From Octopus bimaculoides (lineage: Eukaryota): DNA of 64,000 bases. Where the stretch lies: contig NC_068985.1 of the NCBI RefSeq assembly GCF_001194135.2, positions 16,718,848 through 16,782,847 on the forward strand. The letters run 5' to 3'. The number at the start of each line of letters is the position of its first letter. Position 1 is the stretch's first letter. The notes under the pieces are model-generated. The model was not told the origin of the DNA, made no database searches, and worked only from the letters and a program-made list of their open reading frames with translations. A program made the translations under genes and the position numbers. Positions 47,860 to 61,871 of the stretch are shown here, one piece after another.

Positions 47860-50520
47860 AGTGAAGTGATCAGGTGGGACCATCTGGCCATAAGATGTCA
47901 TCAAGTAATTACACCAACTCTCTTATTTTCAGAAAATAGATATCAAGCAAGTCCCACACTACCATAAAGTGCCTTCTTGTATAAAATTTCAGGGCTACCA
48001 CAGTTAACACTGGCATGATGTAAAGTAGGTCTGGACAGACTGGACATACAGACTGGAGTAGAGGCAACTAGATACATGTATTGTACATGACTTAAGATGG
48101 AAAGGAAACTTTAGTCAGCTTCCTTGTGGGCAAGGAATATAAGTAAAATTGTTCTGATTGAGTAAAAGTGTTGAGCTTGGTTGAGTAGTCATATTGTTGA
48201 CAGATAATTACATGGATAAAATAACTGAAATAGTACATGAATAATTAACTTTTGGTTAATAAAGGGCAGTGCTACACCAACCATGATCTCTGCATATGTA
48301 CCACTATCAGGACTAACAGGAGAGCAAAAGGACTGTTTCTGTGAGGTCTGCTCACAGACTGAAGTACTAATAAACGACTGATCTTGTTATCCTGACTAAT
48401 GACTTTCATGCATGTGTTGGGCAAACTGTAATGGCTACTTCATTGTACATGGATATGGCATGAGGTGGGATCAAAGCTCTTATAGTTCTGAAACCTATTT
48501 CAAAACTAGCTCAAGGAAATCAGCTAGTTGTCTGGTCACCTATCCGACAGGCAAACACTCTTGCCAAATAGACTTCACACTTGCCAAGAAATTAGATAAG
48601 TAACTGGTTGTGAATACTAAGTGACGTTGGTTCCACCCAGCATAGATTAGTGGTTAGTGACTTCAGGATAAGAACTAAATGGACTCAGAGGGACAAGGCA
48701 GTCAGGAAATTAAATAAAACTGAACAATCTTTTGATTAGTTGTAGAGTCAAAGAAGTATTTGTTGATGCATATGACAAGGAGGAGGTGATAGACATTGGC
48801 TTCAAGACAACTTGTTGCAAGCTACTGACTAGATTTGTGGATGGAGTAAGGTACCAGGTAGATGGAAGAAAACCTGTTGGCAAAATGGAAAGGTAGTTGG
48901 CTTTTAAAGTTAAAAGGCAGGCTTGGAAAGAGAAGTAAAGAACAGTATCAGTTAGCCAGAAGATATTGTGTAAATGTAACAAGGAGTGAAGCTGAAAGAA
49001 GTTAGCAAGCAATGAGATTGTAAAGCTGGATTATAAAGCAGTGTTCTGTGGTAAATAGAGCTCTGATTGGGTGGGTAGGAGTGTATATAGAATGATAGTG
49101 GTCGCTGATGTTGAAAGAGGAGAATATTGGAAAAGAGAGGATCCATTCCAAGGAGACCAGACAGCAATGCTAGCTGTTAAAGTTGACATCTGTATGGTCT
49201 AATTCAAGTCACTGAGCCATTGCCATATGGTAAATTGCTTGCATAGTTGATCAGATAGCTCAGAGAAGTACCACCATATTTAATAACTGGTATAGCAATA
49301 TCATAATTATTATAAGGGCAAAAGAATGCTGTAAGAAGAACCAGCTGCAAAGGCATCAACTGGACAAACCAAGGGATGAAAGTAGTGGAGAATTAACTTA
49401 GGTGAGATTGGTTCATATCTTCTTCCTTGTGTGATTACTACATAAGCTCTTAACCATGCTCTGTAGTCTGATGTTTACTAAGTAAATTAAATGTAGATTA
49501 ATGTTTCGGGAGAGTTGTGCAAGCCATGTACAGAGATGTCAGTATGATGGCAGTTAGTTATAAGTTCAGTGAGGAATGGATGTTCATTAAAGTTTTGTTC
49601 TCAGCCGTCTCCTATTACAGTTCTCCAGGCCATAACAGAAGAGTTTAAGATGAGCTGTCAATGAGAACTTCTGTACACTGATGACCTAGTTCTCATAGCT
49701 GTATCTGTCAGTTATAGAAATTCCAAATGTGGATGTACAGACTAAAATTGAGAAGCCTCAAGGTAAATTTAACTGAAACAAAAACTCCAGATTGTAGGAA
49801 AGAAGGCATGACTCTACTGTTATCAAAGAGATCGTCATGTTCTATATGCAGAAAAGGAATAAGTAAGATCTCTGTACTGTGTACCACATATGAACTATGG
49901 GTGCACAAGAGGTGCTGGGTCATCACAGGTAGGCTGATAGGTAAATGAAATTAAAAAAGAAAAGGCTTGAAAGAGTACTAACGAAATCATATTTTCAAAA
50001 GCTCAAGGCTCTCAAAGTATTTCAATAGTTTGTTTCCTAAGTAACCTAATAGTTAATGTAGGTTTCTGAAAGTATAGTAACCAGAGTAAATATTGTGTAG
50101 AAAGTGTTCAGAGACCTGCTGGTAGCTTGAAATTCTCAAAGTGAAGGACTGGTTATATGCTTGTGAACAAAGTGATGTTGCATGGCAGTGAAACATGGTT
50201 ACTGAATATGGATGATGTGTAAAGGCTGGAGAAAAAGGAACACACTCTGCTTGATGTGTAATGGTAGTTTGTATGAACAATGAAACAGTGGAAATGAGCC
50301 GAATAAAAGACTGAAGACTGAATGCAAGTGGAATCAAATGCAGTGTACAAGAGGGAAGGCTATGCAGTTAGGATACGTGATGCATGTAGAGGATGACAGC
50401 TGGCTGAAGGAGTGTCAACTAATCTAAGTTGAAGAGTTAGGCAGAAGAGAGAGACTTGAGAAGATATGATAAAAGCTGATATCAAGATACTAAATCTCAC
50501 TAATATCACAACGGTCTGCA
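47860..50520 (+). mobile_element. Decayed RTE-type LINE with APE endonuclease and RT
   Basis: ISAYVPLSGL...KDCF and NDFHACVG (GDFN) at about 48280-48430; EEFKMSCQ*ELLYTDDLVLIA at about 49640-49700; WVHKRC zinc-finger-like patch; many stops. Confidence 0.85.
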
Positions 50521-50984
50521 ACAGATGGTGAGATGTGCTAATGAAGGCCCATGCAGACAAAATGATGATAATGGTTATAATAAAATTTCCATTCACATAG
50601 TATTGTCACCTCAAGGTTGTGGTAAAAAAAAGAGAAAAACTTGCTCTAAAAGTAATACTAGAACCTAAATATATATTGTCTTTTTTTAATTGAATGTTAG
50701 AAAATTGTGTTTGTAAATTAGCTTAATATTTAAACAATATTTTTATTTGTTATGCATTAAAAATAAAAGAATGCTTTTAGAAACTAACATTTTCCTGAGA
50801 TCTTGGCTATAGTATGTGCACTATGTAAAGGCTCTATTATTTATTAGTAATTGATCAAATTTATAGCTGCACATGCTTAATTGGTTTTATTTTAATAGCT
50901 TATTGATTTACATTGTCTATTTGTTGCTTGTACAGCAAATATTTCAGTTGTGACTTCATATTTTCTGTGCATGCTTTATTGTAG

Positions 50985-51130
50985 TAATCAAAGTAGTTAC
51001 AGGGGAATTCAGTTCACACAAAAGTCTGAGAAATACTGACTGCAGAAAACTTATTACAGAAGACATAACTCTGATCCCTTGCATCAAGAAATTTCATGTT
51101 CTTGAAAATCTTACTGTTATAGAAAATTCT
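50985..51130 (+). CDS. Probable exon (I)IKVVTGEFSSHKSLRNTDCRKLITEDITLIPCIKKFHVLENLTVIENS
   Basis: gctttattgtag acceptor and GTAATA donor; 48 open codons, phase 1-0, matching both neighbours. Confidence 0.5.
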
Positions 51131-51699
51131 GTAATATGAAATTTATTTTCTCATTGATTTCCCTGTTATGAATTGAGATGTGTTCTGACATACCCCCCCC
51201 CCCCCCCCCTCCATACACACTTTTATGCAGGAAAATAATTTTTAAACATGCTCAGTATCATATGTATAGTAAAGAAAGGGAGTAAAAATAATAATGGAAT
51301 AGATAAGAATATTTTAGCTACATCATTGTAGAGTGTGTACTCTTTTGATGTTGACCACTGTGTGATGGGAGGTGGTACAGTGGCACTTCTAGGATGGAAG
51401 ATGGACAGTATCTGCATCTCAGTAAATCATCAGCATCTACGTCAGGGGCTATCCTTCGTTGTAATTATAATTCTTGTCAACTGAAGCACATGGATAGCCC
51501 TTCAGAGTAAAGAACTTATACAAAGTTGTTTATTGTCATCCACCCATCACTTTATTTATAGGTCCAAATAGGAACTAAATTCATTTAAACTCTTCTTCTG
51601 TAATTTTTTAGTTACATTTGCAATTAGGATATTAATATTAAAGATATACACTCTTCCTGTAAGTTCTAATCTTTCACCATATTCTTTACAATCAAATGA

Positions 51700-53010
51700 A
51701 GTCTCTATATTCTCTTCTTGCACTGCAGGTTTCACTTATTCTAATGACATTGGCCCCTCATTAGATTAATTTTCTAAATAGAACTCTAGCAACTTAGGCA
51801 TATTATCATCTATGGTTTCTTCGAAACCTACATTGTCTGTGTCATAGTATTTTGCTGAATTTAATGCAGACTTTCTGCTGGTGAAAAACCTGACAAGTCA
51901 TAGCTAGTCTGACCATATGTTTTCAAAAACACCATCCATAACAGATGTCTTACTTCATCTTATGACTTGGCTGTGTTGTCTACAGCATTCATGATGTCAC
52001 ACATTCGCCATTTGTCCATAAGTGTGTATATTTATCCTCTTCAATTGTTTTTAAAAGTTCTTCTCAGATAATATTCTATGAAGCTAGCTCACCTTGATCC
52101 ATTGGATGGAGCAAGGAGGCTATGTTCTTGGGGATACAGTCTATTCTTACATTATCAAAACGACTATTTAAATTCACTCTGTAGCTTGGTGCATGTCTAA
52201 AAGCAACTGCTTTGTTTGAAATAAACCTGGTACTATACCTTTTTACTATAGGACCAAAAGAAAAATGTTTGCAAGTCAATCTTGGAAAGCACTCATTGTC
52301 ATCCAAGTCTTAATTAAACTTAATCCTTGAAATCCCTAAGATTTTTAGTTTTATACATGAATAAGTGTTTTAATTTTATATCACCCACAGCATTTCCTCC
52401 CACAGGAGTCATCAGATGAACCATCAGAAACTTTGGAACCAGTTACTGATTTTTTTTTTTACAAGAATTAAGTCCTTGCAAGCATGTGCTTCTAGAAAAG
52501 CTATTTCATCAATATTATGCACTTGTTCTAATGTGTAGCCTTCTTAGGACATGTATTTTCTTCAGTTCCTTAGAATAATAGTTAGCAGGTTCACCAAAGC
52601 TTTTAACTGGCCAGAAAAGGATTTAACTCAGGATTTGCATCTTTCTTTCTCTGAAAATTATAGTCTTGTAACTTTTATTGGATTGACTGTTGTGCTTATC
52701 AGCACGTTGTCCAGTTTGTTGACCTACATACCACCCATTTTGTATTAAGCATCATATCAGATCTATTAAGGAAAAAAAAAAACTATGTTCAAGCAATTAA
52801 TAGAGTAGCTGCTTGAGCACTTGACCTAATTTTATCTGTATTCCTTCTGTAGACACTGCAAGCTTTTTGCAATATGGCTGATTCTTTTCTCTTGCATTAA
52901 ACTTTTCTAAAATATCAAGTTTAACGTTTAATATAATCTCCTTATGACTCCCTTTGGCACTACTTCTTTCATTTCTATTTAATGGCCTTTTTCCAGTCAT
53001 GTGTTAGAGT
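51700..53010 (-). mobile_element. Decayed Tigger/pogo transposase
   Basis: N-terminal HKEIILNVKLDILEKF (CENP-B/psq HTH, 52797-53000) and FRHAPSY...NVRIDCIPKNIASLLHPMDQG (DDE_1 LDNAPGH...LPPNTTSLIQPMDQG, 52076-52306). Confidence 0.8.
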
Positions 53011-54612
53011 AATGCACTATACTTTACATGTTTGTAGTTAAATCCAACAGCAGTGGAAATAGACAAGAAATCCATGCCAAATAATAAGGAAATTAGTGAT
53101 GGTCTGTATTGGCAAAAAGTAATGTTTTTATAACATCAAAATCAGAGGTGGAGAAGTGATGTCAAAAGGTGGGAACTGTACAATACAGGAGGAAGTGTTG
53201 TATGATTTAAATCTTTGGATGTTAACCACCCGAAACCAGCTCTGGTTGAATGATAATAAACCTTCCATTCAAAATTTTATGTTAATTTATGATCCAAACA
53301 CTGTCTTTAATCCTCTTGTTTCAGCTATTAGATGGTGGCCATGCTGGGGAACCTCATTGAAGAATTTTTAGTTGAATGAAGACACACATACACACACACG
53401 ATGGGCTTCTTTCAGTTTCTGTCTGCCAAATCCACTCACAAGGCTTTGACCCAAGGTTATAGTAGAAGACATTTGCCCAAAGTGCCACACACTGGAACTG
53501 AGCTCAGAACCATGTGGTTGGAAAGGAAACTACTTACCACACACCTGCCTGCACCTAGCTTAATAATGACAGTTCTTCAATATTTTCAAAATTAGGTGAA
53601 ACTTTTTCAATAGAAATATAAATTCAAATCGAGAATGTTGAGAACAATGAAATACAAGGTCAATTTAATTGATGCATGCACAAAGTAGAGGAAAGAGGGA
53701 GTTTTTAGATGACAGAGACTGGAAAATGAGGAGTTGAACAATCAAATGTAATAATCTCGCACCAAATATATATATTAAAAATAATTAATTTTTATACATA
53801 TACATGCTGGTGCTACATATATTACTCCTGTGCCAGTGCCACATAGTACACTCTGTAAAGTGGTTGGTTAGAAAGGATATCCAGCTGTAGAAACCATGCC
53901 AAAAAAGACAATTGGAGCTTGGGAAGCTCTCTCTCACCGGCTCCTGCCAAACTGTCCAACTCATACCAGCATGGAAAACAGATGTCAAACAATGATGATA
54001 TATAAAAATTAAGGTTTTAGAATTAAGGTTCGCCTGCAAGATTACTGTCCACACCCTGAAATTAGTGGTCGGGTTACACTTTTCATAGTCTGTACTTGTC
54101 TTAGACATCATCTGATGGTTGTAAATGAGCATCACCATCGAAAAGCAAGATTGTTTCTAGTTTTCTTTGAAAAATTTGTCTGGCCATGGGGAAATATAAC
54201 CTTGCTTGGAAACAGGTGAGGGTTAGCAACAAGAAAGGCATCAGCCTGTAGAAAACCTGCCTCAACGAATTCTGTCTGACCCATGCAAGCATGGAAAAGT
54301 GGGTGTTAGATGATAATGGTGGTGGTTAAGTATCCCTTAACTATGAAGAGGTGCTGAAAAGTTCCTTCCTTAAAGGGTATCACAAAAGGTCTGGTTGGAG
54401 GCCCAACCTTCCAAGTTCTTTTACAGGGCTTTGAAAAATTGAAGGAGTATGTGAATATCAGAGGGGAATATGTTAAATAAAATCATTATTAAATGATCCT
54501 CCTGTATTTTCTTTTACCCAAAGCCAAGAACTTTTCAGCACCTCTTTGTAGAGTTTCTATAACAAGGTAGAAAACCTGTATAATACTTTAAGCACATGTC
54601 CAGATTATTTAG

Positions 54613-54809
54613 CATGTGAGATTCAGATTCTTTCAATGGCAATTTTGTATTTCAATTTACTCTGCCTTTCTTACATTTACCACAATCAGCTCCATCCAAA
54701 ACACCGGCTTAAAAAGAGAAATGATTGTACAGCTAATTGGATTGTGTACACGCAACCAATACATTATTCTGCATGCTGCATTTGTTGGTCACCACCAAAC
54801 ATTTGATCA
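54613..54809 (+). CDS. Candidate exon HVRFRFFQWQFCISIYSAFLTF...HAAFVGHHQTFD
   Basis: ttatttag acceptor and GTAAAT donor; 65 open codons, phase 0-2. Confidence 0.4.
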
Positions 54810-55965
54810 GTAAATTGTTTGTTTGAGCAAAGGTGATTGGTTCTTTATATAAACGAAAGGAATTTGACAAATTGAAGAGTAAAAAAGGACCATTTGGAAT
54901 GGAGGAAATAGTTTTGTGATTTCAGCATCACAAGTGTAAACAGGAAAGTTTGTTGTCTAAAATGAGATCAATTGATAGATTAGAAAACTGCTATTTCATA
55001 TTCATTGGTCAGTGAAGTTATGCTGTGTAAGTGAGAGGTGATAAAGTGTATCCTGTTACATAAAGGCCAAGTACAGTTTAAGATGTGTCTCTAGGAATTG
55101 TTACTGCTGTACTAAAGATATGAGATTATAAATTTGTATTAGAAATATTACTGCAGTAAAATTGAGTTTATTTCTTACAGGTTTCATCTATTAAGATATT
55201 CATTTTTGGGTTTTTTTAATGTTTTTAAAAATTAGTTACTGACGGTTATTATTAGTTTGGTTCTATTTTATTACATTTATATTACATTCTTCAGAGGCAA
55301 GCCTGATCTAGAAGGAAAAGATAATTTACTCATCACCTGAGATGGGAAATGATATTTCTGTTTCATTTGCCTTTTTTTTTTTTTTTGTTTCCATCCAGAA
55401 GTCAAAACTGAATGATATAAGATTATTTTATGTTCTGTGTTGTTCAAATTTGATTTAATTATGCCAACATAGAAAAATGGGTGTTAGAATGTAATTATGA
55501 CACATAATACAATAAATGCTTTTTAAAAATCATGTTGAATCTTAAAAGCGACCTGTAATTTTTTTCTGAATTTCTGGTTTACCATCTTGACTATTCTGCG
55601 ATAAAAATCAGCAGACATATACTTGTAAAGTTATGAGATTACTTCAGTAATAATAATTTTATTAAATATCTTAAATCTTTGGTGACAACAATAGCTTCAG
55701 AAAAATTTGCAAGCCTTTCCCCTAAATGCTCTGAATCATTATATAAACTGACAACATTAAAGAGCCTAAGATTTAAGGGCTTTTTTTTTTTTTTTTGTAT
55801 GAATATTCTTTAATTCTTTAAATTGCTTCAGCTTTAAAGCTGCGGCCATGGTGGGGCACCACCATTGGAATATGTTAATGATATAAAAATGAATTTTGAA
55901 ACTGAAAATAATATGAAATTGTATTAATATAATATGGTATTTATGAAATTATTTATATTTTTCAG

Positions 55966-55991
55966 AAATCACCTCATCAATGTACTGAAAC
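55966..55991 (+). CDS. Probable 26-nt exon (Q)NHLINVLK
   Basis: atatttttcag acceptor and GTGAGT donor; phase 2-1 in this reading. Confidence 0.5.
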
Positions 55992-56159
55992 GTGAGTATG
56001 TATTTTATGTATAAAGGCTTCTAAAATTAACATTTGAATAGTTATCTGCTAATTTAGATATTTAAAAGAAATTAATTTTAGATGTTTAAAGCTATTTTCC
56101 TTTCTGTTTCTTTCACAAAATGTGTTTAAAATATTGATAGGTGGGATGGGGTGAGGGAG

Positions 56160-56545
56160 TCATGTGGTTAAGAAGCTCACTTTGCAACCACATGGTTTTA
56201 GGTTCAGTCCCACTGCAGTACCTTGGGTACATGTCTTCTAATATGCCCCTGGGACCATCTGATGCCTTGTGAGTGAAGTTGGTAGGTGGAAACTGTATGG
56301 AAGTGTATTGTATGTCTATGTGCGTGTGTGCATGCCTGTGTTTGTTTGCCTCCCCCTACTATTTGACAACGGTTGTTGGTTTGTTTACATCCCTGTAACT
56401 TTGCAATTCAGCAAAAGAGACTGGTAGAATAAGTACCAGACTTTTAAAAAACAAAAAAACAAAAACCTACTGAAGTCAATCTTTTTGACGAAAAAACAAT
56501 TAAAGGCCTGGCTCCAGCCTGATTACAATCCAATGTCTGAAACGT
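56160..56545 (+). mobile_element. SINE family A
   Basis: Colinear with other copies; further copies at 57278-57606 (-) and 58194-58527 (+). Confidence 0.8.
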
Positions 56546-59500
56546 CTAAAGGCTAAAAGCATTCTTACGTTTTCATTTGAAATAGTTATCACTAAAATCT
56601 TGAAGCTTGCATTGAAGAGCTTATAATTCTTATCTTGGTAGTATTTAATAATGAAGTCTTACAAAATATATAGGTGTGTGTCTTAGTAGGTATGATACTT
56701 ATCCTAATTACGCACATGTGCGTGCGTATGTCATTGGGGCATGTTTCATTATGCACGTTTGGTTAAATAAACAACTGAAAACTGTATTAATCATTTTAAT
56801 GTTGAGCCATTTATATTTTCTAAAGGTACATTTAGTTAGTATAGGAGTAGGGGTAATATATTCCTTATGCTAAGGGGAGAAGGCTTAGCTGTGCTTACAG
56901 TCATGCATAATCATATTCCGAGGAGTGTCGAGTAAAATAATAGTTCATTTTGTTAGTGAGCAAGCGGATAAATGTGTGAATGAACACCACTTATTAGTTG
57001 TCGGTAGCTATTTTTATAGCTTCAGTGGTGGATTGGAGATTAAGAGTTAACTGTTGTGTGGTGATTAGTTAATGTTTAGAAGCTGTTACATTGCGATTGG
57101 TTGCCAATTAATGGATAATATATAAGGTAGGTATTGGTTATGAAGTGGGACTGGGAGGTATGGAAGTGTTGGGGTTAGTTTAGTTATTAATTGGAAATTT
57201 TGTTCATGGTTTTCGTCAATTTATGTTGGAACAAACTTATTGAATACCTTATAAATGAAGGGATTAAGCTAGCTTTTATCTTTTACTTGTTTCAGTCACT
57301 AGTCTGTGGTCATGCTGGGGCTACTGACTTTCAAGGCTGATGGAATAAGTTACAGGAATGTAAACAAACCAACATCATTTGTTGGTAGGGTACAACAGAC
57401 ACACACACAAAGATGAATTTGTGTGTGTGTATATATCATCATCATCATTTAACAGCTGTTGTTTATGCTGGCATAAGGACTTCTTTCAGTTCCTGTCTAT
57501 CAAATTTACTCATGGTTTTGGTCAGCCAAAGGCTATAGTAGAAGACATTTACCCAAGTTGCCATGCAGTAAGACTGAACCCAGAACCATGTGGTTGGGAA
57601 GCAACAAACTTTTTTTTTTTGCATTATTACAGTTGACGGGAATTTTGTTTACCAAAATACACATAAAAGTTTTTTGGGGAAAATGTGACTTTTCAACCTA
57701 TTGCATGTATCAGATTCCTTGAAAGGGTTAATGTGGAAATGTAGAAGAGCCTTGTTTAGTATATGGGAAAGGAGCAAGTAGGAACTTAATGCTGGTACTT
57801 AATGGTTACAGGAAAGGAAAACCAAGACTTTAGATGCACAAGACTAGCTAGGAGTAGAGGAACCCTTGAAATGAAATTCACGAACCACTCTGGTGATGAC
57901 AGAAACATGACATGGTAAGTGAAAGTGGAGCATGTGTTGGTAGGGAAATCCCAGAAATAAGTGTTAAGATGTTAGGTTTCAAGAATAAAATCATGAAGGA
58001 TCATGACATGGGGTGGGGGTATGCTGTACAACAAAATCCTTTTTAAACCAACAGATGATAAAATGACACTGATAACAGATGGGGAATTGTACTTTAACTT
58101 TACTGCTTGCATTCTTTTTTATATTGTAAAAATGGGAAGATTTTATTAAGATTGTCTGTGCGAGGAGAGGTTTTTCTTTTCATATACATTAGCAGGCATG
58201 GCTTTCTTCCCAACCACATGGTTCTGGGTTCAGTTCCACTGTGTGATACCTTAGGAAAGTATCGTCTACTATAGTCTACGGCTGACCAAGAAATTGAAAG
58301 AAGCCCATTGTGTGTGTGTGTGTGTGTGTGTTACCCACCACCACTTGACAACCAGTGTTGCTGTGTTTTCATCCCTGTAATTTTGCAGTTCAGCAAAAGA
58401 GACTGATAGAATAAGGACCAGGCTTTAAAAAAAAATAAAAGTATTAGGGTCAATTCATTCAACTAAAAATTATTCAAGGCAGTGCCCAAGCATGGCTACA
58501 TTCTAATGACTGAAATGAGTAAAAGATATTAAGTTTACAATGTTCGGCAAAGCCACAAGAAATCGGTCAGTTGCAATAAGTGATGTTTTGAATAAATACA
58601 TCTAAGATGCTAGTAGTTGTGTTCTATGTATTTTAGACACCCCTGTGTTATTGCTTTAAAATTGTGTGTATGTATTTTCTTGGAGTGGCACTAGTATTCT
58701 TCATCAGAATTGCACCTTTTGATACCAACCCACTCCCTGATTTCATGATACAAAACTTTTTTAGAGTTCATCTTTATATTAAAACTGTCCACAATTTTAT
58801 GTAAGTTATCTTTTAAGACATTCTAAACATTGGCTTGATAATGAATAAAGTTAACTATTTTACTAACTTCTTCCAAATTGTTCATTGTTTTCAAATTTAA
58901 TTGAAATAAACAACCTGCAGATTATCTCAGAAATATATAACAAGAGATGTTTTCTCAGTTTTTCTGGTTTTTTTTTTTTTTGTACAGTGTTATATTATCT
59001 CTCAATTCAACTTCAATGTTTAGGCAACTAAAATTTCTTGTTCAATTTAAAAACTTTCATTAGTTAGATATCAGGAGTATTCTCAGTTATTGACTCTTGA
59101 TGTACAAACTGAAGAGTTTTTAGATCACTAAACGATTGATTTAGGAATGAAAAAAAGCTGTCTTAAAGACACTATTGATAACAGTTTGTCTAAAAGATCT
59201 TCTAGTTCTACAATACAAACTTTCCTGTTTTAAAAGTGACCTACACAAAAACTTTCCATCAAAATTTCATGTTATATTCCAAACACCACAGTTATTTTAT
59301 TAAATTTTTCAGCAGTGTATTTGAACAGAAATATTACAAAAGGGTGTATTAGCAAAGATTGACAAAGATATTTTATATTTCTTTTCAAATTTGTAAAACT
59401 TACTTCAGAGCTTTATTGAAGGATTAAAAGCGAATCTGTGAAAGCAGATGTTAGTACGCTTATTGTTTAGTTGGATAGATATTATGGAGGGTCAAGATGA

Positions 59501-61836
59501 AGACTAAATTTCTGCCTTTATATGAAAGCAATTTATAATGGGGGTAGGGGAGAATTAAGGGAAAAAGTATTTGAAAAAAAGTTTATTTTACAATATTGAT
59601 TGTAATTTCATATTGGGAATCTTGAACATTTGTATCAATCTATTCCTAGATTAAATTAAATGACAAGCAGATTGAATTAAACTTTGATCATCAGTTTAAA
59701 ATCATTAAAGATTTATCTTAATGATAATTTGTAGCATTTTTACAACATGATACAAAAATAAATAAATAGATGAAATAATAAAAATACCAACACAGACACC
59801 ATTTAAGGCTGGCTTATCTGTATTATGTAAATACAAAATAGCAACTTGTCTTTCAATAATTAAACAAAAGAGAGTAAAATGAGATTTTATCATGCAATTC
59901 CATGTGATTGACTTTTAATGTTCTACAAACAAGCCGTGTAGCTTTTTAACTCATCGGTGCTCTAGAGTTGTGAAACTTTTCAGCATTGACTAAAAGCAAA
60001 TATTTTTTTTAGTTTCTTTGTGTGTAAATGCAGTTTGTTTGGCTAAAATATATACATTATCATATACTTTGTGCGTTATTTAACTTAGCATATAAGCATT
60101 GTTTCAGTTTCTTTTCAATTGATCTATTTAAGATATTGCTATATGTGCTATTTCTATTATGGCATGAAATCCATTAAGTTATTGTGTATGTTAATTGCCA
60201 AATTTTCTCTCTTTATTCCATATATAATTTACGACTGCAGCAACTTGTAATTAGCTTTAGGAATAGCTAATAAAAATATTTGACTAGTACATTTTTGTTT
60301 CAAAACATTTGAATGACTATGCTTTATTTTATGATAGTTACATCTCCTTTCAATTTGAAATGTGAATTTGCCTATGATATTTATTTTGCTGTGATAATTA
60401 TTTTCTGAAGTTAGAGCTATGAGTAATTTTATAAATTATTCATACCAAAGTTTGTAAAGAAAAAAAAGACATTCTTTGAATACGAAAGTTATAACTTGAT
60501 ATGTAAAAGCTGCATAATTTTGTGTTCAAAGATATCTAAAATAATTAGAATATCCTATATTTTCATTATTTCATGTATACTTGAATTTATGCGGTTATCC
60601 AGAATGTATGCCCTGAAGTTAGCTCTGACTTATGGTCAAAGACATACCATCATTGATCAGCCTTGTCTTTTTTTTTGACATCCAGGACTGCATTATCCTC
60701 TGACTACCTTCTTTTACTTTCCAAGATAGTAGAAATTTGGTTGCTATTTCTAGCAGGTCATATTATTGTATACAGGCTTCACTTACTGGCTCATACTTTA
60801 ATTACATCTGGAGATAACAATCAATTATTACATTATTTACATACTCTCTCCTGTTTGATAGTGGTACATTATTAAAAACTATCTTGCCTATAGTGCTCAA
60901 GTAATTATTGTTGCTGCAGTTAATGTTATCTATTTCTCATTTATTGTATTGTCTAATTACCTTATTGCTGTATTCTGTATTCTTTTTGATAAGGCCTATG
61001 TACCTACTTCCTCATATAATCATCATCATTTTAACAATACTATCATTTGGAACAAGCCAGCAGTTTGTCTTGATCTTACATCATCTCACAATCCAGCTAT
61101 TACTTCTTCCCAACTCTGGTCTACGACCCTTAACTCACTAAATTTATCACTCACACTGTCTCCTTCATTTACATTACCATAATAGCAGAATTATCCCTTC
61201 TCCATAGATTAGCTTTTCAACTCCTCCACTTCAGATTATCAATGCAAATCCAATGGATTATTACACTTTTGACTTTTGTCAGCATATGCTACTATTCATA
61301 TTTTTCCTACCACACATCATCATCATTCTTAATATACATCTCATATTTTCCATTTATGTAATGAAAGAAATCCTGTTGCCAATGGATATAACATTTCCCT
61401 AGATTTTTATAATCCTATCTTGCAACAAAACAGAATTTATTAAAAAAAAAAAAAGAATCCTCTGAAAGTCAGAAGTTTTATCCATAAACACAGATGTTGT
61501 TAGCTATTTAAGTACATGTGATATTCTTGTTCATCATCATTCTACTAATGATTTCTTTGGTGTTCCTGTTTACCTATTGTTTGCACCCAGTGAGGCAACT
61601 TTCACTTTATTGATCTAAATTTTTTTTCCAGTCTTACCCTACTGTCTTAAAAAGGGTAGATTGTACCAAATAATGTGATCCTTATACAGCTATACAAAAG
61701 CAACCACAATTTTAAGTACCTATTAAATTCCCTTGTACTAATGAACTTTTGTGTCTATGTTCGTAATTGGTACCATTGTCTTAGCTGAGTATAAACATTT
61801 GGTTTGGATATGTAATCATGTTTACCTTAAATGACG

Positions 61837-61871
<35 letters not shown>

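Noticed and set aside
45148-55991. Assigning a gene name (SPATA5-like, MEI1, C1orf112/FIRRM, TERB1 considered)
   Set aside because: Only very short coincidental matches to the sequences as I recall them; no symbol is justified without a search.
59395-59445. Minus-strand segment with a good acceptor and GTAAGT donor
   Set aside because: All three frames contain stops and there is no supporting neighbour.
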